NCBI GenBank assembly: GCA_051746405.1
Contig: JBNJFB010000004.1
Location: forward strand, 1-64,000
Length of the DNA: 64,000 nt
Origin: Campylobacterota bacterium
GTDB lineage: Bacteria; Campylobacterota; Campylobacteria; Campylobacterales; Arcobacteraceae
Direction of reading: 5' to 3'
Shown piece by piece: positions 1 to 11,879 of the stretch; position 1 is the stretch's first letter, and every line of letters starts with the position of its first letter. The position numbers were made by a program, and so were the translations under genes. The notes beneath the pieces were generated by a model that had not been told where the DNA came from, searched no databases, and saw only the letters and a program-made list of their open reading frames with translations.

Positions 1-1157
1 GCAATCTTGTTTCCTATGATTTCAAACTCTTTTTCTTTCATCCCTCTTGTTGTTAAAGCTGCACTTCCTATTCTAACTCCACTTGTTACAAATGGACTTC
101 TTGTCTCCCCTGGTACTGTATTTTTATTTACAGTGATTCCTGCATTCCCAAGTGCCGCATCCGCATCTTTTCCTGAAAAATCCTTATTTAAAAAACTTAC
201 TAATACTAAGTGATTATCTGTACCGTTTGATACTATATCATACCCTCTTTGAATTAACACCTCTGCTAGTTTTGAAGCATTGGCTTTTACTTGCTTTGCA
301 TACTCTTTCCATGATGAGTCTAGTACCTCTTTAAATGCTACTGCTTTTGCTGCTATTACATGAACTAGTGGTCCACCTTGCAGTCCTGGAAAAATAGCTG
401 AGTTTACTTTTTTTGCTATATCCTCATCATTTGTCATTATTAAACCACCTCTTGGTCCTCTTAATGTCTTATGTGTTGTTGTTGTTACTATATCTGCATA
501 TGGAAATGGACTCATATGTTCACCTGCTGCTACTAATCCTGCAATATGTGCTATATCTGCTAGTAGTAATGCTCCTACTTCATTAGCTATTTCTCTAAAC
601 TTTGAAAAGTCAATCTCCCTTGCATAAGCACTTGCACCACAAATAATAATCTTTGGTTTAGTAATCTTTGCTATTTGCATTACTTTATCATAATCTATTT
701 TTCCATCTAACTCTACTCCATAGTAGAATGCTTGGTAATTTTTACCTGAAAATGATGGTTTTGAACCATGGGTTAAGTGACCTCCATGGGATAAGTCCAT
801 TCCAAGCATTTTATCACCTGCTTTTAACAGTGCTGCATATACTGCACCATTTGCTTGACTTCCTGAGTGTGGTTGTACATTTGCAAACTTACAGTTAAAT
901 ATCTCACAAGCTCTATTTATTGCTAATTGCTCAGCCTCATCTGCAAACTCACATCCACCGTAGTATCTTTTATATGGGTATCCTTCTGCATATTTATTTG
1001 TAAACACTGAACCCATTGTTTCCATTACAGCTGGACTTGTAAAATTCTCACTTGCTATCATCTCTAAGTGATCTGTTTGTCTTTGGCACTCTTTTTGCAC
1101 CATCTCATATATATCTTTATCTGCTTGTTCTAAACTGTTTTGTGTTATATAGCTCAT
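1..1157 (-). CDS. glyA: Serine hydroxymethyltransferase (3' end runs off the window)
   Basis: Manual minus-strand translation from ATG at 1157: MSYITQ...LEMIASENF...NKYAEGYP...[14 protein letters not shown] (PLP lysine motif). Absent from the ORF track because the stop lies outside the window. Confidence 0.97.
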   Translation of the reverse strand, partial: MSYITQNSLEQADKDIYEMVQKECQRQTDHLEMIASENFTSPAVMETMGSVFTNKYAEGYPYKRYYGGCEFADEAEQLAINRACEIFNCKFANVQPHSGSQANGAVYAALLKAGDKMLGMDLSHGGHLTHGSKPSFSGKNYQAFYYGVELDGKIDYDKVMQIAKITKPKIIICGASAYAREIDFSKFREIANEVGALLLADIAHIAGLVAAGEHMSPFPYADIVTTTTHKTLRGPRGGLIMTNDEDIAKKVNSAIFPGLQGGPLVHVIAAKAVAFKEVLDSSWKEYAKQVKANASKLAEVLIQRGYDIVSNGTDNHLVLVSFLNKDFSGKDADAALGNAGITVNKNTVPGETRSPFVTSGVRIGSAALTTRGMKEKEFEIIGNKI

Positions 1158-1174
1158 CTTATCTTCCTTTTGGG

Positions 1175-2689
1175 TTATGATTCATCACTATGTAAATCAA
1201 TTTCATGATTAATTGGTTTCATAGCAGGGAATAGTAATACATCTCTAATTGAGTGTTCATTTGTTAACATCATTACAAGTCTATCAATACCAATACCTTG
1301 ACCAGCACAAGGTGCCATACCGTATGATAAAGCATTTACAAAATCTTCATCCATTTCATGGGCTTCATCATCACCTGCATCTTTTGCAGCAATTTGCTCT
1401 TGGAATCTATCTAATTGGTCAATTGGGTCATTTAACTCACTAAATGCATTTGCAATCTCTTTTCCAGCAATAAACAATTCAAACCTATCCGTTAAATGAG
1501 GCTGCTTATCATTTCTTCTAGCAAGTGGCGATAGCTCAACAGGGTAGTGTGTAATAAATGTAGGGTTTATTAGTTTCTCTTCAACAAACTCATCAAAAAG
1601 CTCACCTTGTAATTGTCCTAAATTCATTGCTTCATTTACTTCAAGCTTTTTTTCTTTCATAAATTCAATAATTTTATCTCTGTTCTCAACAATATCTTTT
1701 GGTACTTCACCAATTTGGCTTAATGACTCAATTAAAGGAACTTCACTAAACTTAGTGAAATCAATTTCAATATCATCATGTGGTAGTACAGGAGGTAATT
1801 CTAAATGTTCAAACAGATATTCAAAATACTCTTTTGTAAGTTGAATTAAGTCTTTATGCGTCTTATAAGCCCAGTAAAACTCAATAGAAGTAAACTCAGG
1901 GTTATGAGTTGCGTCCATACCTTCATTTCTAAAATTTCTATTGATTTCAAAAACTGCTTCAAATCCACCTACAATAAGTCTTTTTAAGTATAACTCAGGT
2001 GCTATTCTTAAAAACCTATCAACACCAAGTGAGTTATGATGTGTAACAAAAGGTTTTGCATTTGCTCCACCAGGAATAGGGTGCATCATAGGAGTTTCAA
2101 CTTCTAAAAACCCTTTGTCTTCAAAAAATCTTCTAGTAAGAGATATAACTTTACTTCTTATATGAAAGGTCTTTCTCACTTGTGAGTTCATAATAAGGTC
2201 TAAATATCTTTGTCTATATCTTAACTCTTTATCTTGAATACCATGGTACTTTTCTGGAAGTGGTGAAATTGCTTTTGTTAAAATCTTTAAATCGTGTACA
2301 TGAAGTGAAAGTTCACCTTTGTTTGTTACAAATGGGTATCCTGATACTTCTAAAATATCACCAACTTCAATATTTTTTTTAAATATAGTATTATAAAAAT
2401 CTTCAGGTAGATTATCTCTAGCTACATAGATTTGTAAAATACCATTTTCATCTTCAATCTTTAAAAAACTAGCCTTTCCCATAAGTCTAAAAAATTTAAC
2501 TCTACCTGCAACTATATAATGTCTATTTTCATCTCTTTTATCTTCTTTTTGAAAAATATCACTATTAACATTTAAAAATTGAGTAATTGTAGTATTTCTA
2601 TTACTATTGTTAGCATAAGGATTTACTCCCAACTGTTTTAATCTATTTGCTTTTTCTATTCTTTGTTGTATATATTTATTTTCAAACAA
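1175..2689 (-). CDS. lysS: Lysine--tRNA ligase (class II)
   Basis: OB-fold N-terminus, FRNEG motif 2, GQGIGIDRL motif 3. Confidence 0.98.
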   Translation of the reverse strand: MFENKYIQQRIEKANRLKQLGVNPYANNSNRNTTITQFLNVNSDIFQKEDKRDENRHYIVAGRVKFFRLMGKASFLKIEDENGILQIYVARDNLPEDFYNTIFKKNIEVGDILEVSGYPFVTNKGELSLHVHDLKILTKAISPLPEKYHGIQDKELRYRQRYLDLIMNSQVRKTFHIRSKVISLTRRFFEDKGFLEVETPMMHPIPGGANAKPFVTHHNSLGVDRFLRIAPELYLKRLIVGGFEAVFEINRNFRNEGMDATHNPEFTSIEFYWAYKTHKDLIQLTKEYFEYLFEHLELPPVLPHDDIEIDFTKFSEVPLIESLSQIGEVPKDIVENRDKIIEFMKEKKLEVNEAMNLGQLQGELFDEFVEEKLINPTFITHYPVELSPLARRNDKQPHLTDRFELFIAGKEIANAFSELNDPIDQLDRFQEQIAAKDAGDDEAHEMDEDFVNALSYGMAPCAGQGIGIDRLVMMLTNEHSIRDVLLFPAMKPINHEIDLHSDES

Positions 2690-2710
2690 TATAAAATTCC
2701 TTTTTTAGTT

Positions 2711-3487
2711 TTATTGCTCTTTAGCTTTATTTATTTGTTCATCAGCAGTCTCTTTTTTACTATTTAGTGACTCTTCTACTTTTTTTATAACATCTTGCTC
2801 AACTGATTTTTTCACATCATCTACAGTTGACTGTACACCTTGTTTTATCTCATTTGATGTTTTGTCAATCTCTTCTTTAATCTTATTTGAAGTTGGCTGT
2901 GTATCTTCAGTGCTGTTTTGTTCTTGGTTTTGATTTGATGTGGCATCTTTTGTTTTTTCAACAACATTATCAACTGCTTTTTCAACATTTTCAGATATTT
3001 TTGAAGTATCAATCTTAATAATATAAGAACCTACACTTAGAAGATGAGGCATAACTACAGACCCCGCTGTTTTATTGTCAATTGCTTTTTTAAATGAATC
3101 TACCTGATATAATGCGTATGCTATAACTGAGAAAATAAGAAACACTTTTGCTGCACCAAAGATAAAACCAAAGATTCTATCAAAAAGTCCTAATCCACTT
3201 GCAGAAAAGATTTTACTTAAAATTACACCTAAAATATATACCAATATCCAAAAACCAATAAGTGATACTATAAAACCTATCAGTTCGATAGTAGTTTTAT
3301 TTTCTAAGGCTAAAAAAGGAGCTACAAAGTTTCCAACATCCCCTGAAATTCTTGAAGCTACAAAGATAGCACCAATAATTCCAACAATTCCAAAAACCTC
3401 TTTTATAAGACCTCTAAAAAGCCCCTTTAACCCCAATACTAGCGTAATACCAAGTATTACCATATCAAAAATACTAAACTCTTGCAT
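2711..3487 (-). CDS. cvpA: CvpA (colicin V production) family membrane protein with a long charged C-terminal tail
   Basis: KGLFRGLIKEV and GLFDRIFGFIFG motifs; cvpA-lysS-glyA order. Confidence 0.85.
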   Translation of the reverse strand: MQEFSIFDMVILGITLVLGLKGLFRGLIKEVFGIVGIIGAIFVASRISGDVGNFVAPFLALENKTTIELIGFIVSLIGFWILVYILGVILSKIFSASGLGLFDRIFGFIFGAAKVFLIFSVIAYALYQVDSFKKAIDNKTAGSVVMPHLLSVGSYIIKIDTSKISENVEKAVDNVVEKTKDATSNQNQEQNSTEDTQPTSNKIKEEIDKTSNEIKQGVQSTVDDVKKSVEQDVIKKVEESLNSKKETADEQINKAKEQ

Positions 3488-3588
3488 GGACTTCCTTTAC
3501 ATAATATGCAATAGTATATCTAATTTTTTCAAAAGAAAACTTTAAAGGTTTTGTGATAAATTTAATCTTTTTTGGATAAAATCACAAG

Positions 3589-4650
3589 ATGATAAAAAGA
3601 TACCCAACAAAACAGATATATGTAGGAAATGTACCTATTGGAGCAGATGCTTTAATACCTGTACAATCTATGACATTTACTAAAACATCAGATGTTGCAG
3701 CAACTGTAGAACAAATAAGAGCATTACACTTTGCAGGAGCTGATATAGTTAGAGTTGCAGTACCTAATATGGAAGCTGCTAATGCACTAAAAGATATAAA
3801 AAAACAAGTAGATTTACCAATAGTTGCAGATATTCACTTTAAGTATAAATTGGCATTAATAGCTGCTGAAGTTGTTGATTGTATTAGAATAAATCCTGGT
3901 AATATTGGTGATAAAAAAAGAGTTGCAGAAGTTGTAAAAGCTTGTCAAGCAAGAGATTTACCTATTAGAATTGGAGTTAATTCAGGCTCTTTAGAGAAGC
4001 AGTTTGAAGATAGATATGGTCAAACACCACAAGGTATGGTAGCAAGTGCTGATTATAATATTAAATATTTAGAGGATTTAGGATTTACTGATATAAAAGT
4101 CTCATTGAAAGCAAGTGATGTTCAAAGAACAGTTCAAGCATATAGAATGCTACGACCTATGAATAACTACCCTTTTCATTTAGGAGTTACAGAAGCAGGA
4201 ACTCAATTTCATTCAACAATTAAATCTTCAATTGCACTAGGTTCTTTATTACTTGATGGGATTGGTGATACTTTAAGAGTATCAATGACAGGAGAGCTTG
4301 AAGAAGAGATAAAAGTAGGTAAAGCAATACTAAAAGATGTGGGAATTGCAAAAGATGGATTAAATATAGTATCTTGTCCCACTTGTGGAAGAATAGAAGC
4401 AGATTTAGTAAGTGCAGTAGCTGAAGTTGAAAAAAGAACAAAACATATAAAAACACCACTTGATGTTTCAGTTATGGGATGTGTTGTAAATGCAATAGGT
4501 GAAGCAAAAAGTGCTGATGTTGCTATTGCATTTGGTAAAGGAAGTGGATTAGTTATGAAAAAAGGTGAGATTATAGCTAAACTAAAAGGTGATGAATTAA
4601 TAAATAAATTTATTGAAGAAGTTGAATTTGAAGCTCAAAAAAGAGAGTAG
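3589..4650 (+). CDS. ispG: (E)-4-hydroxy-3-methylbut-2-enyl-diphosphate synthase
   Basis: VQSMT, ADIHF, RINPGN, SCPTCGR, MGCVVN motifs. Confidence 0.98.
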   Translation: MIKRYPTKQIYVGNVPIGADALIPVQSMTFTKTSDVAATVEQIRALHFAGADIVRVAVPNMEAANALKDIKKQVDLPIVADIHFKYKLALIAAEVVDCIRINPGNIGDKKRVAEVVKACQARDLPIRIGVNSGSLEKQFEDRYGQTPQGMVASADYNIKYLEDLGFTDIKVSLKASDVQRTVQAYRMLRPMNNYPFHLGVTEAGTQFHSTIKSSIALGSLLLDGIGDTLRVSMTGELEEEIKVGKAILKDVGIAKDGLNIVSCPTCGRIEADLVSAVAEVEKRTKHIKTPLDVSVMGCVVNAIGEAKSADVAIAFGKGSGLVMKKGEIIAKLKGDELINKFIEEVEFEAQKRE

Positions 4651-4658
4651 TATAGTAT

Positions 4659-6104
4659 ATGGATAGTGTTTATAGTCTAAATATTGAAAGAGCAGTATTA
4701 AGTTCAATTTTATTTAATCCAGAAGAGATTGAAGAGATAGTATCAATACTTAAACCTGCAGATTTTTATCTACCTGCACATCAAAAGATTTTTGATGTGA
4801 TGATAAAGCTAAATGAAGAAGATATGCCAATTGATGAAGAGTTTATAAGAAAAAAACTTGATTCAAAAGATGTTGATGATTCTATACTAATAGAGATATT
4901 ATCAGCAAACCCAATAACAAATACAGTTGCATATGTAAAAGAGATAAAAGATGCAGCTATAAAAAGAGATTTAGCAACCCTTGCAACAAGAATAAAAAAA
5001 GTAGCAATTGAAGAGGATATGGCTGCAAATGAGGCTTTAGATACGATTCAAGGTGAACTTTATAAAATATCTACAAATAGTGCCACTAGTGAATTAAAAG
5101 ATATGCAAAGTATTACAGGGGATACTTTAGCGTATATTAAAAAGATGAAAGAGTTAGGTAATCAACACTTAATAGGTGAAACAACAGGTTTTGATGGACT
5201 TGATAAAAGAACAACAGGACTTAATGAAGGTGACTTGGTAATCATAGCAGCTAGGCCTGCAATGGGTAAAACGGCACTTGTGTTAAATATGGCTTTAAAA
5301 AATGTTGAAGATGATAAAGGTGTAATATTTTTCTCTTTGGAAATGCCAGCTGAACAACTTATGTTAAGAATGCTTGCTGCAAAAACTTCAATACCACTTC
5401 AAAATTTAAGAAAAGGTGATATGAATGATGAGCAGTGGTCAAACTTAAGTGCTGCATTTGATGATTTAAATACAAAAAAGCTTTTTGTAGATGATGGTGG
5501 AAGTGTTAATATTAATCAATTAAGAGCAAGAGTTAGAAAAATAGCTCAAAATGAAGAGAATAAGGTATCTTTAGTAATTATTGACTACTTACAGCTTATG
5601 CAAGGTACAGGTACAAAAGATAGACACCAAGAAGTTTCAGATATTTCAAGGGGTCTTAAAATGCTTGCAAGGGAGATGAAAATACCCATAGTAGCACTTT
5701 CACAGTTAAATAGAGGTGTTGAAAGTAGACCTGATAAAAGACCAATGCTTTCAGATTTAAGAGAATCAGGTGCCATTGAGCAAGATGCAGACATTATAAT
5801 GTTTGTGTATAGAGATGATGTTTACAAAGAAAGAGAAGAAGCTAGAAAAGAAAAAGAAGCAAAAGATAAAGGTGAAGAGTATAAATCAACCTTTGTAAAT
5901 AAAGCTATAGAAGAAGCTGAAATCATAGTAGGAAAACAAAGAAATGGACCTATTGGTACAGTTAAACTTGATTTTCATAAAGCACTTACAAAGTTTGTAG
6001 ATAAACCATATGATGGTGGTTCAAATGCACCTGTTGAAGTAGTATTTGAAAATGTAGCAGATTCAGAAAAAGAGACAAATATAGATGTACCAGATATTCT
6101 TTAG
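4659..6104 (+). CDS. dnaB: Replicative DNA helicase
   Basis: AARPAMGKT, IDYLQL, LSQLNR, DLRESGAIEQDAD, KQRNGP. Confidence 0.98.
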   Translation: MDSVYSLNIERAVLSSILFNPEEIEEIVSILKPADFYLPAHQKIFDVMIKLNEEDMPIDEEFIRKKLDSKDVDDSILIEILSANPITNTVAYVKEIKDAAIKRDLATLATRIKKVAIEEDMAANEALDTIQGELYKISTNSATSELKDMQSITGDTLAYIKKMKELGNQHLIGETTGFDGLDKRTTGLNEGDLVIIAARPAMGKTALVLNMALKNVEDDKGVIFFSLEMPAEQLMLRMLAAKTSIPLQNLRKGDMNDEQWSNLSAAFDDLNTKKLFVDDGGSVNINQLRARVRKIAQNEENKVSLVIIDYLQLMQGTGTKDRHQEVSDISRGLKMLAREMKIPIVALSQLNRGVESRPDKRPMLSDLRESGAIEQDADIIMFVYRDDVYKEREEARKEKEAKDKGEEYKSTFVNKAIEEAEIIVGKQRNGPIGTVKLDFHKALTKFVDKPYDGGSNAPVEVVFENVADSEKETNIDVPDIL

Positions 6105-6162
6105 TAAATAATATAATTAATAATTAAAGAAAAAGTTATTATAATATGAAAAAGGATTTTTC

Positions 6163-6570
6163 ATGAATAAAGCTTTTTCTCTTATAGAATTAATATTCGC
6201 TATTTTAATAATAGGAATAATCTCATCTTTTGCTATTCCAAAGTTTGTAAACTCAAAAGATACGGCAGTTGCAACAACAATTAAAAGAGACATAGTAACA
6301 GCAACAAGTTCAGTTCAATCATATGTATTAACACAAGGTGATATTACAAAACTTACTGATGCACTTAATATAAATAGTTCAAATTGGAAAATTGAAGATT
6401 TAAAAGCAACCTTTGAAGACTCAAGTTCAACATGCGTTAAAATGGAAGTTGTAAAGAGTATGGGTGATATTACTTTTGAAATAGATATTGATGAATCAAA
6501 TAGTGGAAATATTTGTAAAAAACTACAAGATGACTTGGGAGTTGAAGATAATATTTATGAAATTTATTAA
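6163..6570 (+). CDS. Prepilin-type N-terminal cleavage/methylation protein (type IV pilin/pseudopilin-like)
   Basis: MNKA|FSLIELIFAILIIGII...AIPK with canonical Phe+1 and Glu+5. Confidence 0.88.
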   Translation: MNKAFSLIELIFAILIIGIISSFAIPKFVNSKDTAVATTIKRDIVTATSSVQSYVLTQGDITKLTDALNINSSNWKIEDLKATFEDSSSTCVKMEVVKSMGDITFEIDIDESNSGNICKKLQDDLGVEDNIYEIY

Positions 6571-6647
6571 AGCAGATAAAACACTTTAGTAAATTATATA
6601 TATTGTTATGCTAGAATATCGAAAAATCAATAGGAAGCATGTAGTAA

Positions 6648-7577
6648 ATGGAAAATAAAGTATTTGATAATCAAGAAACTAATTATTTACAAGAAGATGA
6701 AATAGATTTAAAGGAGTTGTTTAAAACAATATTAAAGTATAAATATAAAATATTAATTTTTGTTTTTATCATAACTTCTTTAACAATAGTATATACAATG
6801 TCAATACCAAATAGTTATACTTCAAAAACAGTACTATCTCCACAAACTGAACAAAAATCAATATCAGGTGGATTATCTTCCTTAGCTTCAATCGCAGGCG
6901 TTAATTTAGGGGGTAGTAGTTCAAAAGATCCTTCAATTATGCTTGAAACTACACTAAAAGATTACGAGTTTAATAAAATGTTAATTGAAAAATATGATTT
7001 GACAGAGAAACTTAAAAATCAGTCGAATTTAGTTTTTGCATTTGGAATTGACACTATATATAAACTTTTTAATAGTACCTCTACTAAAAAAGATAATAGA
7101 ACTAATGAAGAGAAAATTTATGAAACAATAAATCTGTTAAATAGTAGTGTTAGTCTCTCAACAGATAAAAACAGTAATTTGATAACATTAAGTGTAGAGT
7201 TACAAGATAGAGTATTAGCAAAAAAAATTGTAGATATATATTTGGATGAACTTATTAAAAAAATTAAAAAGCAAGATATGAAAGAGATTGATAAACAGAT
7301 AAAATATTATAAAAAAGAGTTATCAGACACACTTGATGTCTCTTTAAAAGAACAGTTAAGTAAATCATTATCGTCATTATATCAAAAAAAAGTTTTTTCA
7401 CAAGCAAATGATTACTATTTTGTTTCAAAGATTATTGATAGTAGAGTACCATATATTAAAGAAAAGTCAAAACCAAAAAGAGCATTAATTGTTATAGTCT
7501 CTTTTGTAACATCATTCATAATAGGTATTTTTTTGGTGTTCTTTAGAGAGTTTTTAAAGAATGAAAAATCTAATTAA
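6648..7577 (+). CDS. wzz: Wzz-family polysaccharide chain-length determinant
   Basis: EDEIDLKELFKTI N-terminus, two terminal TM helices, KPKRALIVIV C-terminal motif. Confidence 0.85.
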   Translation: MENKVFDNQETNYLQEDEIDLKELFKTILKYKYKILIFVFIITSLTIVYTMSIPNSYTSKTVLSPQTEQKSISGGLSSLASIAGVNLGGSSSKDPSIMLETTLKDYEFNKMLIEKYDLTEKLKNQSNLVFAFGIDTIYKLFNSTSTKKDNRTNEEKIYETINLLNSSVSLSTDKNSNLITLSVELQDRVLAKKIVDIYLDELIKKIKKQDMKEIDKQIKYYKKELSDTLDVSLKEQLSKSLSSLYQKKVFSQANDYYFVSKIIDSRVPYIKEKSKPKRALIVIVSFVTSFIIGIFLVFFREFLKNEKSN

Positions 7578-7594
7578 TTTTAAAGGAAAAATTT

Positions 7595-8974
7595 ATGGCT
7601 TCATCTATATTTAGAGAGTATGATATAAGAGGTATCTTTCAAGAAGAGTTAAGTGAGAATATGACTAAAAAGATAGGGTTTCATCTAGCTAAAAGGCTTT
7701 TACTTGAAAAACCAGATGCAAAGTATATCTCTGTGGGATTTGATGCTAGGCTTCACTCTCCTAAATTAAGAGATTGGTTAAGTTCAGGTATAAATAGCAC
7801 AGGTTTAGAAGTGCTTGATATGGGACTTGTACCAACGCCAACTAACTATTTTACAAACTATGAGCAAATTGATGGATATAGTGCTGATGGTTCTATTATG
7901 ATTACAGGTTCTCATAATCCTCCACAGTATAATGGCTTTAAAATTACTTTAGACAAAAAGCCTTTTTTTGGTGAAGATATTTATGCTTTAGGAAAAGAGA
8001 TTTTAGCAGACAAACAAGCTATAGGAGATGACACAAAAACCATAAAGATAAATGCAAAAGATAAGTATGTGGATTTTTTAGTAGAACATTTTTCACATTT
8101 AAAGCTAGAGGGTAAAAAGTTTATTTTAGATTGTGGAAATGGGGTTGCAAGTATAGGGTTAAAAGAAGCACTTGATAGATTAAATATATCGTATAAGTTT
8201 TTATATGAAAAGCCAGATGGAAACTTTCCAAATCACCACCCAGACCCTAGCGATGAGAGTAATTTAATTGATATTAAAAAAGAGCTTGAAACAGGAGAGT
8301 TTGATTTTGGGTTTGCATATGATGGCGATGCAGATAGAATTGCACTTTTATCTAAAAACTACAACTTCAAAGGTGATATTTTAGCTATTTTTTTCTCAAG
8401 ATTTATTGATAACCCAACTGTAATAGGTGAAGTAAAATGTAGTCAAATTATGTACGATACTATAAATACTTATGGAAAAGCTGTGATGTATAAAACAGGT
8501 CATAGTAACTTAAAAGTAAAGATAAAAGAGTTGGATGCATCTTTTGCAGCTGAAGTTTCAGGACACCTTTTCTTCAATGATAGATACTATGGATATGATG
8601 ATGCAATTTACTCTACATTTAGAGCATTAGAGTTAATTGATCAAGGGTTTGATTTTGATAAGGAGTATGAAGCTTTACCAAAAGTTTATAGTACAAATGA
8701 GATAAATATTGAAGTTACAGAAGATACTAAATTTCCAATTGTTGAAAAACTCAAAAAAAGTCTAGAGAACCCACCAAGTTATCTTCCAAAGATAAAAGAA
8801 GTAATAACTGTAGATGGTATTAGAGTTATTTTTGAAGATGGTTGGGGACTTATAAGAGCTAGTAATACAACTCCAAAACTAGTAACAAGATTTGAATCAA
8901 AATCACAAGAAAATGCGAAACTATATGAAGCAAAACTAATGAAACTATTTGATGAGATAAAAGAGGATATTTAA
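7595..8974 (+). CDS. Phosphomannomutase/phosphoglucomutase
   Basis: IFREYDIRG, TGSHNP, DGDADR, RASNTTP. Confidence 0.95.
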   Translation: MASSIFREYDIRGIFQEELSENMTKKIGFHLAKRLLLEKPDAKYISVGFDARLHSPKLRDWLSSGINSTGLEVLDMGLVPTPTNYFTNYEQIDGYSADGSIMITGSHNPPQYNGFKITLDKKPFFGEDIYALGKEILADKQAIGDDTKTIKINAKDKYVDFLVEHFSHLKLEGKKFILDCGNGVASIGLKEALDRLNISYKFLYEKPDGNFPNHHPDPSDESNLIDIKKELETGEFDFGFAYDGDADRIALLSKNYNFKGDILAIFFSRFIDNPTVIGEVKCSQIMYDTINTYGKAVMYKTGHSNLKVKIKELDASFAAEVSGHLFFNDRYYGYDDAIYSTFRALELIDQGFDFDKEYEALPKVYSTNEINIEVTEDTKFPIVEKLKKSLENPPSYLPKIKEVITVDGIRVIFEDGWGLIRASNTTPKLVTRFESKSQENAKLYEAKLMKLFDEIKEDI

Positions 8975-8975
8975 G

Positions 8976-9800
8976 ATGATAAGAAAGTGTTTATTCCCAG
9001 CAGCTGGATATGGTACAAGATTTTTACCTGCTACAAAAGCTACACCAAAAGAGATGTTACCAGTTCTAACAAAACCACTTATTCAGTATGGAGTTGAAGA
9101 GGCACTTGAAGCTTCATGTGATACTATGGCAATAGTAACAGGTAGAGGAAAGAGGGCCATTGAAGATCATTTTGATATTTCATATGAGTTAGAACATCAA
9201 ATAAAAGATACCTCAAAAGAGCATTTTTTAAATGAGATTAGAGATGTGATAGATAAGTGTACTTTTTCATATACAAGACAAACACAAATGAAAGGTTTAG
9301 GTCATGCAATACTTACAGGTGAAACTCTAATAGGAAATGAACCTTTTGCAGTAATACTTGCAGATGATTTATGTGATAATACACAAGCAAAAGGAGCTGT
9401 TCTTAAACAAATGGTAGAGCTATATAAAAAGTACAAATGTTCTATTGTAGCTATTGAAGAGATACCAAAGGAGCATACAAATAAGTATGGAGTTATTGCA
9501 GGAGAAGAGTTAGAAGATGGTATTTTTAAAGTAAGTGATATGGTAGAAAAACCCGATCCAAAAGATGCACCTACTAACTTAGCTATTATAGGAAGATATA
9601 TATTAACTCCTGATATTTTTGATATTTTAAGAACTACAAAACCAGGTAAAGGCTCAGAGATACAAATAACAGATGCATTACTAGAACAAGCAAAATTAGG
9701 GAAAGTTATTGCCTATAAATTTGAAGGTAAGAGATTTGATTGTGGAAGTGTGGATGGATTTGTAGAAGCTACTAACTACTTTTATAAAAAAATGATTTAG
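8976..9800 (+). CDS. galU: UTP--glucose-1-phosphate uridylyltransferase
   Basis: PAAGYGTRFLPATKATPKEMLP, VEKP. Confidence 0.96.
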   Translation: MIRKCLFPAAGYGTRFLPATKATPKEMLPVLTKPLIQYGVEEALEASCDTMAIVTGRGKRAIEDHFDISYELEHQIKDTSKEHFLNEIRDVIDKCTFSYTRQTQMKGLGHAILTGETLIGNEPFAVILADDLCDNTQAKGAVLKQMVELYKKYKCSIVAIEEIPKEHTNKYGVIAGEELEDGIFKVSDMVEKPDPKDAPTNLAIIGRYILTPDIFDILRTTKPGKGSEIQITDALLEQAKLGKVIAYKFEGKRFDCGSVDGFVEATNYFYKKMI

Positions 9801-9808
9801 GAAGTAGT

Positions 9809-11011
9809 ATGAAGTACTCAAAAAACTTTTATCAAATTAGATCAAATAAAGAGATTTTTGAAGATATTGTACAACAAAAAAAAGAGATTGGTTACTATGA
9901 ATTGCCAAACCAAGATATCTCATATATACAAGAGTACGCAAAAACTGTAAAACAAAAAAATATAGCAATTATAGGTATAGGTGGTAGCACTTTAGGAACT
10001 TATGCTATTTATAGCTTTTTAAAAAGAGTAAATACCTATGAAAAAAAGCTATTTTTTTTAGAATCAACTGATCCAATTGATATAAATTCAAAGGTAAAAA
10101 AACTACCTTTAGATGATACACTTTTTATAGTAATAAGTAAGTCAGGAACAACAATAGAGACTATATCTATTTTTAAATATATAAACTCCCTTGTAAAAAT
10201 AGATAAAAATAACTGTTTAATAATAAGTGAAAATGATAGTAAACTATCATCTTATGCTAGTAAAAAAGATATAAAAACTTTTGAAATTCCAAAAAATGTA
10301 GGTGGTAGGTTTTCTGTATTTAGCGCTGTTGGACTTGTACCCCTTGCTATAGTAGGGGTAGATATAAAAGCACTTTTGCAGGGTGCTTTAAAAGTAAAGA
10401 ACTCTTTTTTTGAAAAGAGTGAGTATTTTGACTATATTTTTGAAAAAGCAAGATTTATGGTTGAAAATAAGCATAGATTTAATATAAATGTACTTTTTTC
10501 TTACTCATCCTCACTTGAGGGCTTTAATAAATGGTATGTTCAACTATGGGGTGAGAGTTTAGGTAAGATAAATATAAATGGTACAAAACAAGCTTTAACA
10601 CCAATAGGACTAGTAGGTCCTGTTGACCAACACTCTTTTTTACAGCTAATAGCTCAAGGAAAAAGAGATAAAACTATAACTTTTATAAAAGTTGAAGATT
10701 ATCAAAGTAAACTTTGTATACCTGATGTTTCTTTAGATGGATTGCAAGAGCTTGATTATTTAAATAATTTAGATTTTCAAAATCTCATATCAATGCAAGC
10801 TGATTCTACAATAGAGTCTTTAAAAGAGCTTGGTGATATACCTTATGATGTGATAACATTAGATAAGATAAATGAAGATAGTATTGCAAGACTTATTTAC
10901 TCTTATGAGTTATTAACATCTATTGTAGGAAGCTTCGTACAAATAGATACATACAATCAGCCAGGAGTTGAGCGAGGGAAAGAGATACTTAAGCAAAAAT
11001 TTAAAAGCTAA
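9809..11011 (+). CDS. pgi: Glucose-6-phosphate isomerase
   Basis: IGIGGS, SKSGTTIET, GGRFSV, QLWGESLGK, NQPGVERGK. Confidence 0.95.
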   Translation: MKYSKNFYQIRSNKEIFEDIVQQKKEIGYYELPNQDISYIQEYAKTVKQKNIAIIGIGGSTLGTYAIYSFLKRVNTYEKKLFFLESTDPIDINSKVKKLPLDDTLFIVISKSGTTIETISIFKYINSLVKIDKNNCLIISENDSKLSSYASKKDIKTFEIPKNVGGRFSVFSAVGLVPLAIVGVDIKALLQGALKVKNSFFEKSEYFDYIFEKARFMVENKHRFNINVLFSYSSSLEGFNKWYVQLWGESLGKININGTKQALTPIGLVGPVDQHSFLQLIAQGKRDKTITFIKVEDYQSKLCIPDVSLDGLQELDYLNNLDFQNLISMQADSTIESLKELGDIPYDVITLDKINEDSIARLIYSYELLTSIVGSFVQIDTYNQPGVERGKEILKQKFKS

Positions 11012-11024
11012 GAGAGGTTTTAAA

Positions 11025-11783
11025 ATGGTATATGAAAAATTGTGGGAACAGTATGATGAGTTTATACCTTATGATTTACAAATGAGTTTTGATATAAGAC
11101 TTTGTAATGTAGTTAATATGCTTGATTATTTTTTTCAAAACTTAATAGTAAGAGAACCAAATATAAAAGAGGTAAAGTTTTATTTAGCTGGTTCTTGCAT
11201 TAAAAAAGATACATTTAGAGATATTGATATGATTTTTCCTTCAAAAGAGAGAATGCTTGAGTTAAATGCATGTTTAGATCAAAGTTTCTTTGAGTATGAG
11301 AATAATTCATTAACATATAGCTTTAATGATGAGATATTTCAATTAGTTTTTAGACCAAAATTTGAAAATAGAGACTTAGAGTTTACCATTGATGGTTTTG
11401 ATTTTGATTCTACAAAGATAGGATTTGAGTGTAAATTAAACTTTAAAACAAAAGAGATAGAAGTAGTAAAAGCTGATATTAGAGAAGAGTTTATACACTA
11501 TATACAAACTAAGCAGAATAATTTATCAAAGATTAGTGTAAACCCTTTTGTGTCACTACAAAGAGCAATACATTTTTTAAAAAGGGGTGATGATGTTCCT
11601 TATAGTGTATTTTTAGATATTTGTTCAAGTATTGCAGATATAAAAATAAAAGAGAATGAAGATAGTAAAAAACATTTTGCTAGATTACAAGGAAATCCAA
11701 AAAAACTAGAAGATATAAAAGATGCTATAACAGATTATATTGAAGATAGAAAAGATGATTTAGAAGAGAATGAGAAACAGTAG
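11025..11783 (+). CDS. Hypothetical protein with a Pol-beta-superfamily nucleotidyltransferase-like motif
   Basis: Start moved to ATG 11025 (GAGG RBS upstream, no overlap with pgi). LAGSCIKKDTFRDIDMIF fits hGS...DhD. Confidence 0.6.
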   Translation: MVYEKLWEQYDEFIPYDLQMSFDIRLCNVVNMLDYFFQNLIVREPNIKEVKFYLAGSCIKKDTFRDIDMIFPSKERMLELNACLDQSFFEYENNSLTYSFNDEIFQLVFRPKFENRDLEFTIDGFDFDSTKIGFECKLNFKTKEIEVVKADIREEFIHYIQTKQNNLSKISVNPFVSLQRAIHFLKRGDDVPYSVFLDICSSIADIKIKENEDSKKHFARLQGNPKKLEDIKDAITDYIEDRKDDLEENEKQ

Positions 11784-11879
11784 TTTAAAAAAAAGTCAGT
11801 AAAAAATCATCATTATAAAACAATAATAAACTTTTGGTTAGAATATCTATTAAAAATAGAACCTAAAAAGGATTATACT

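Noticed and set aside
7..1443. Short plus-strand ORFs (7-213, 152-334, 668-898, 1249-1443)
   Set aside because: Antisense shadows of glyA and lysS.
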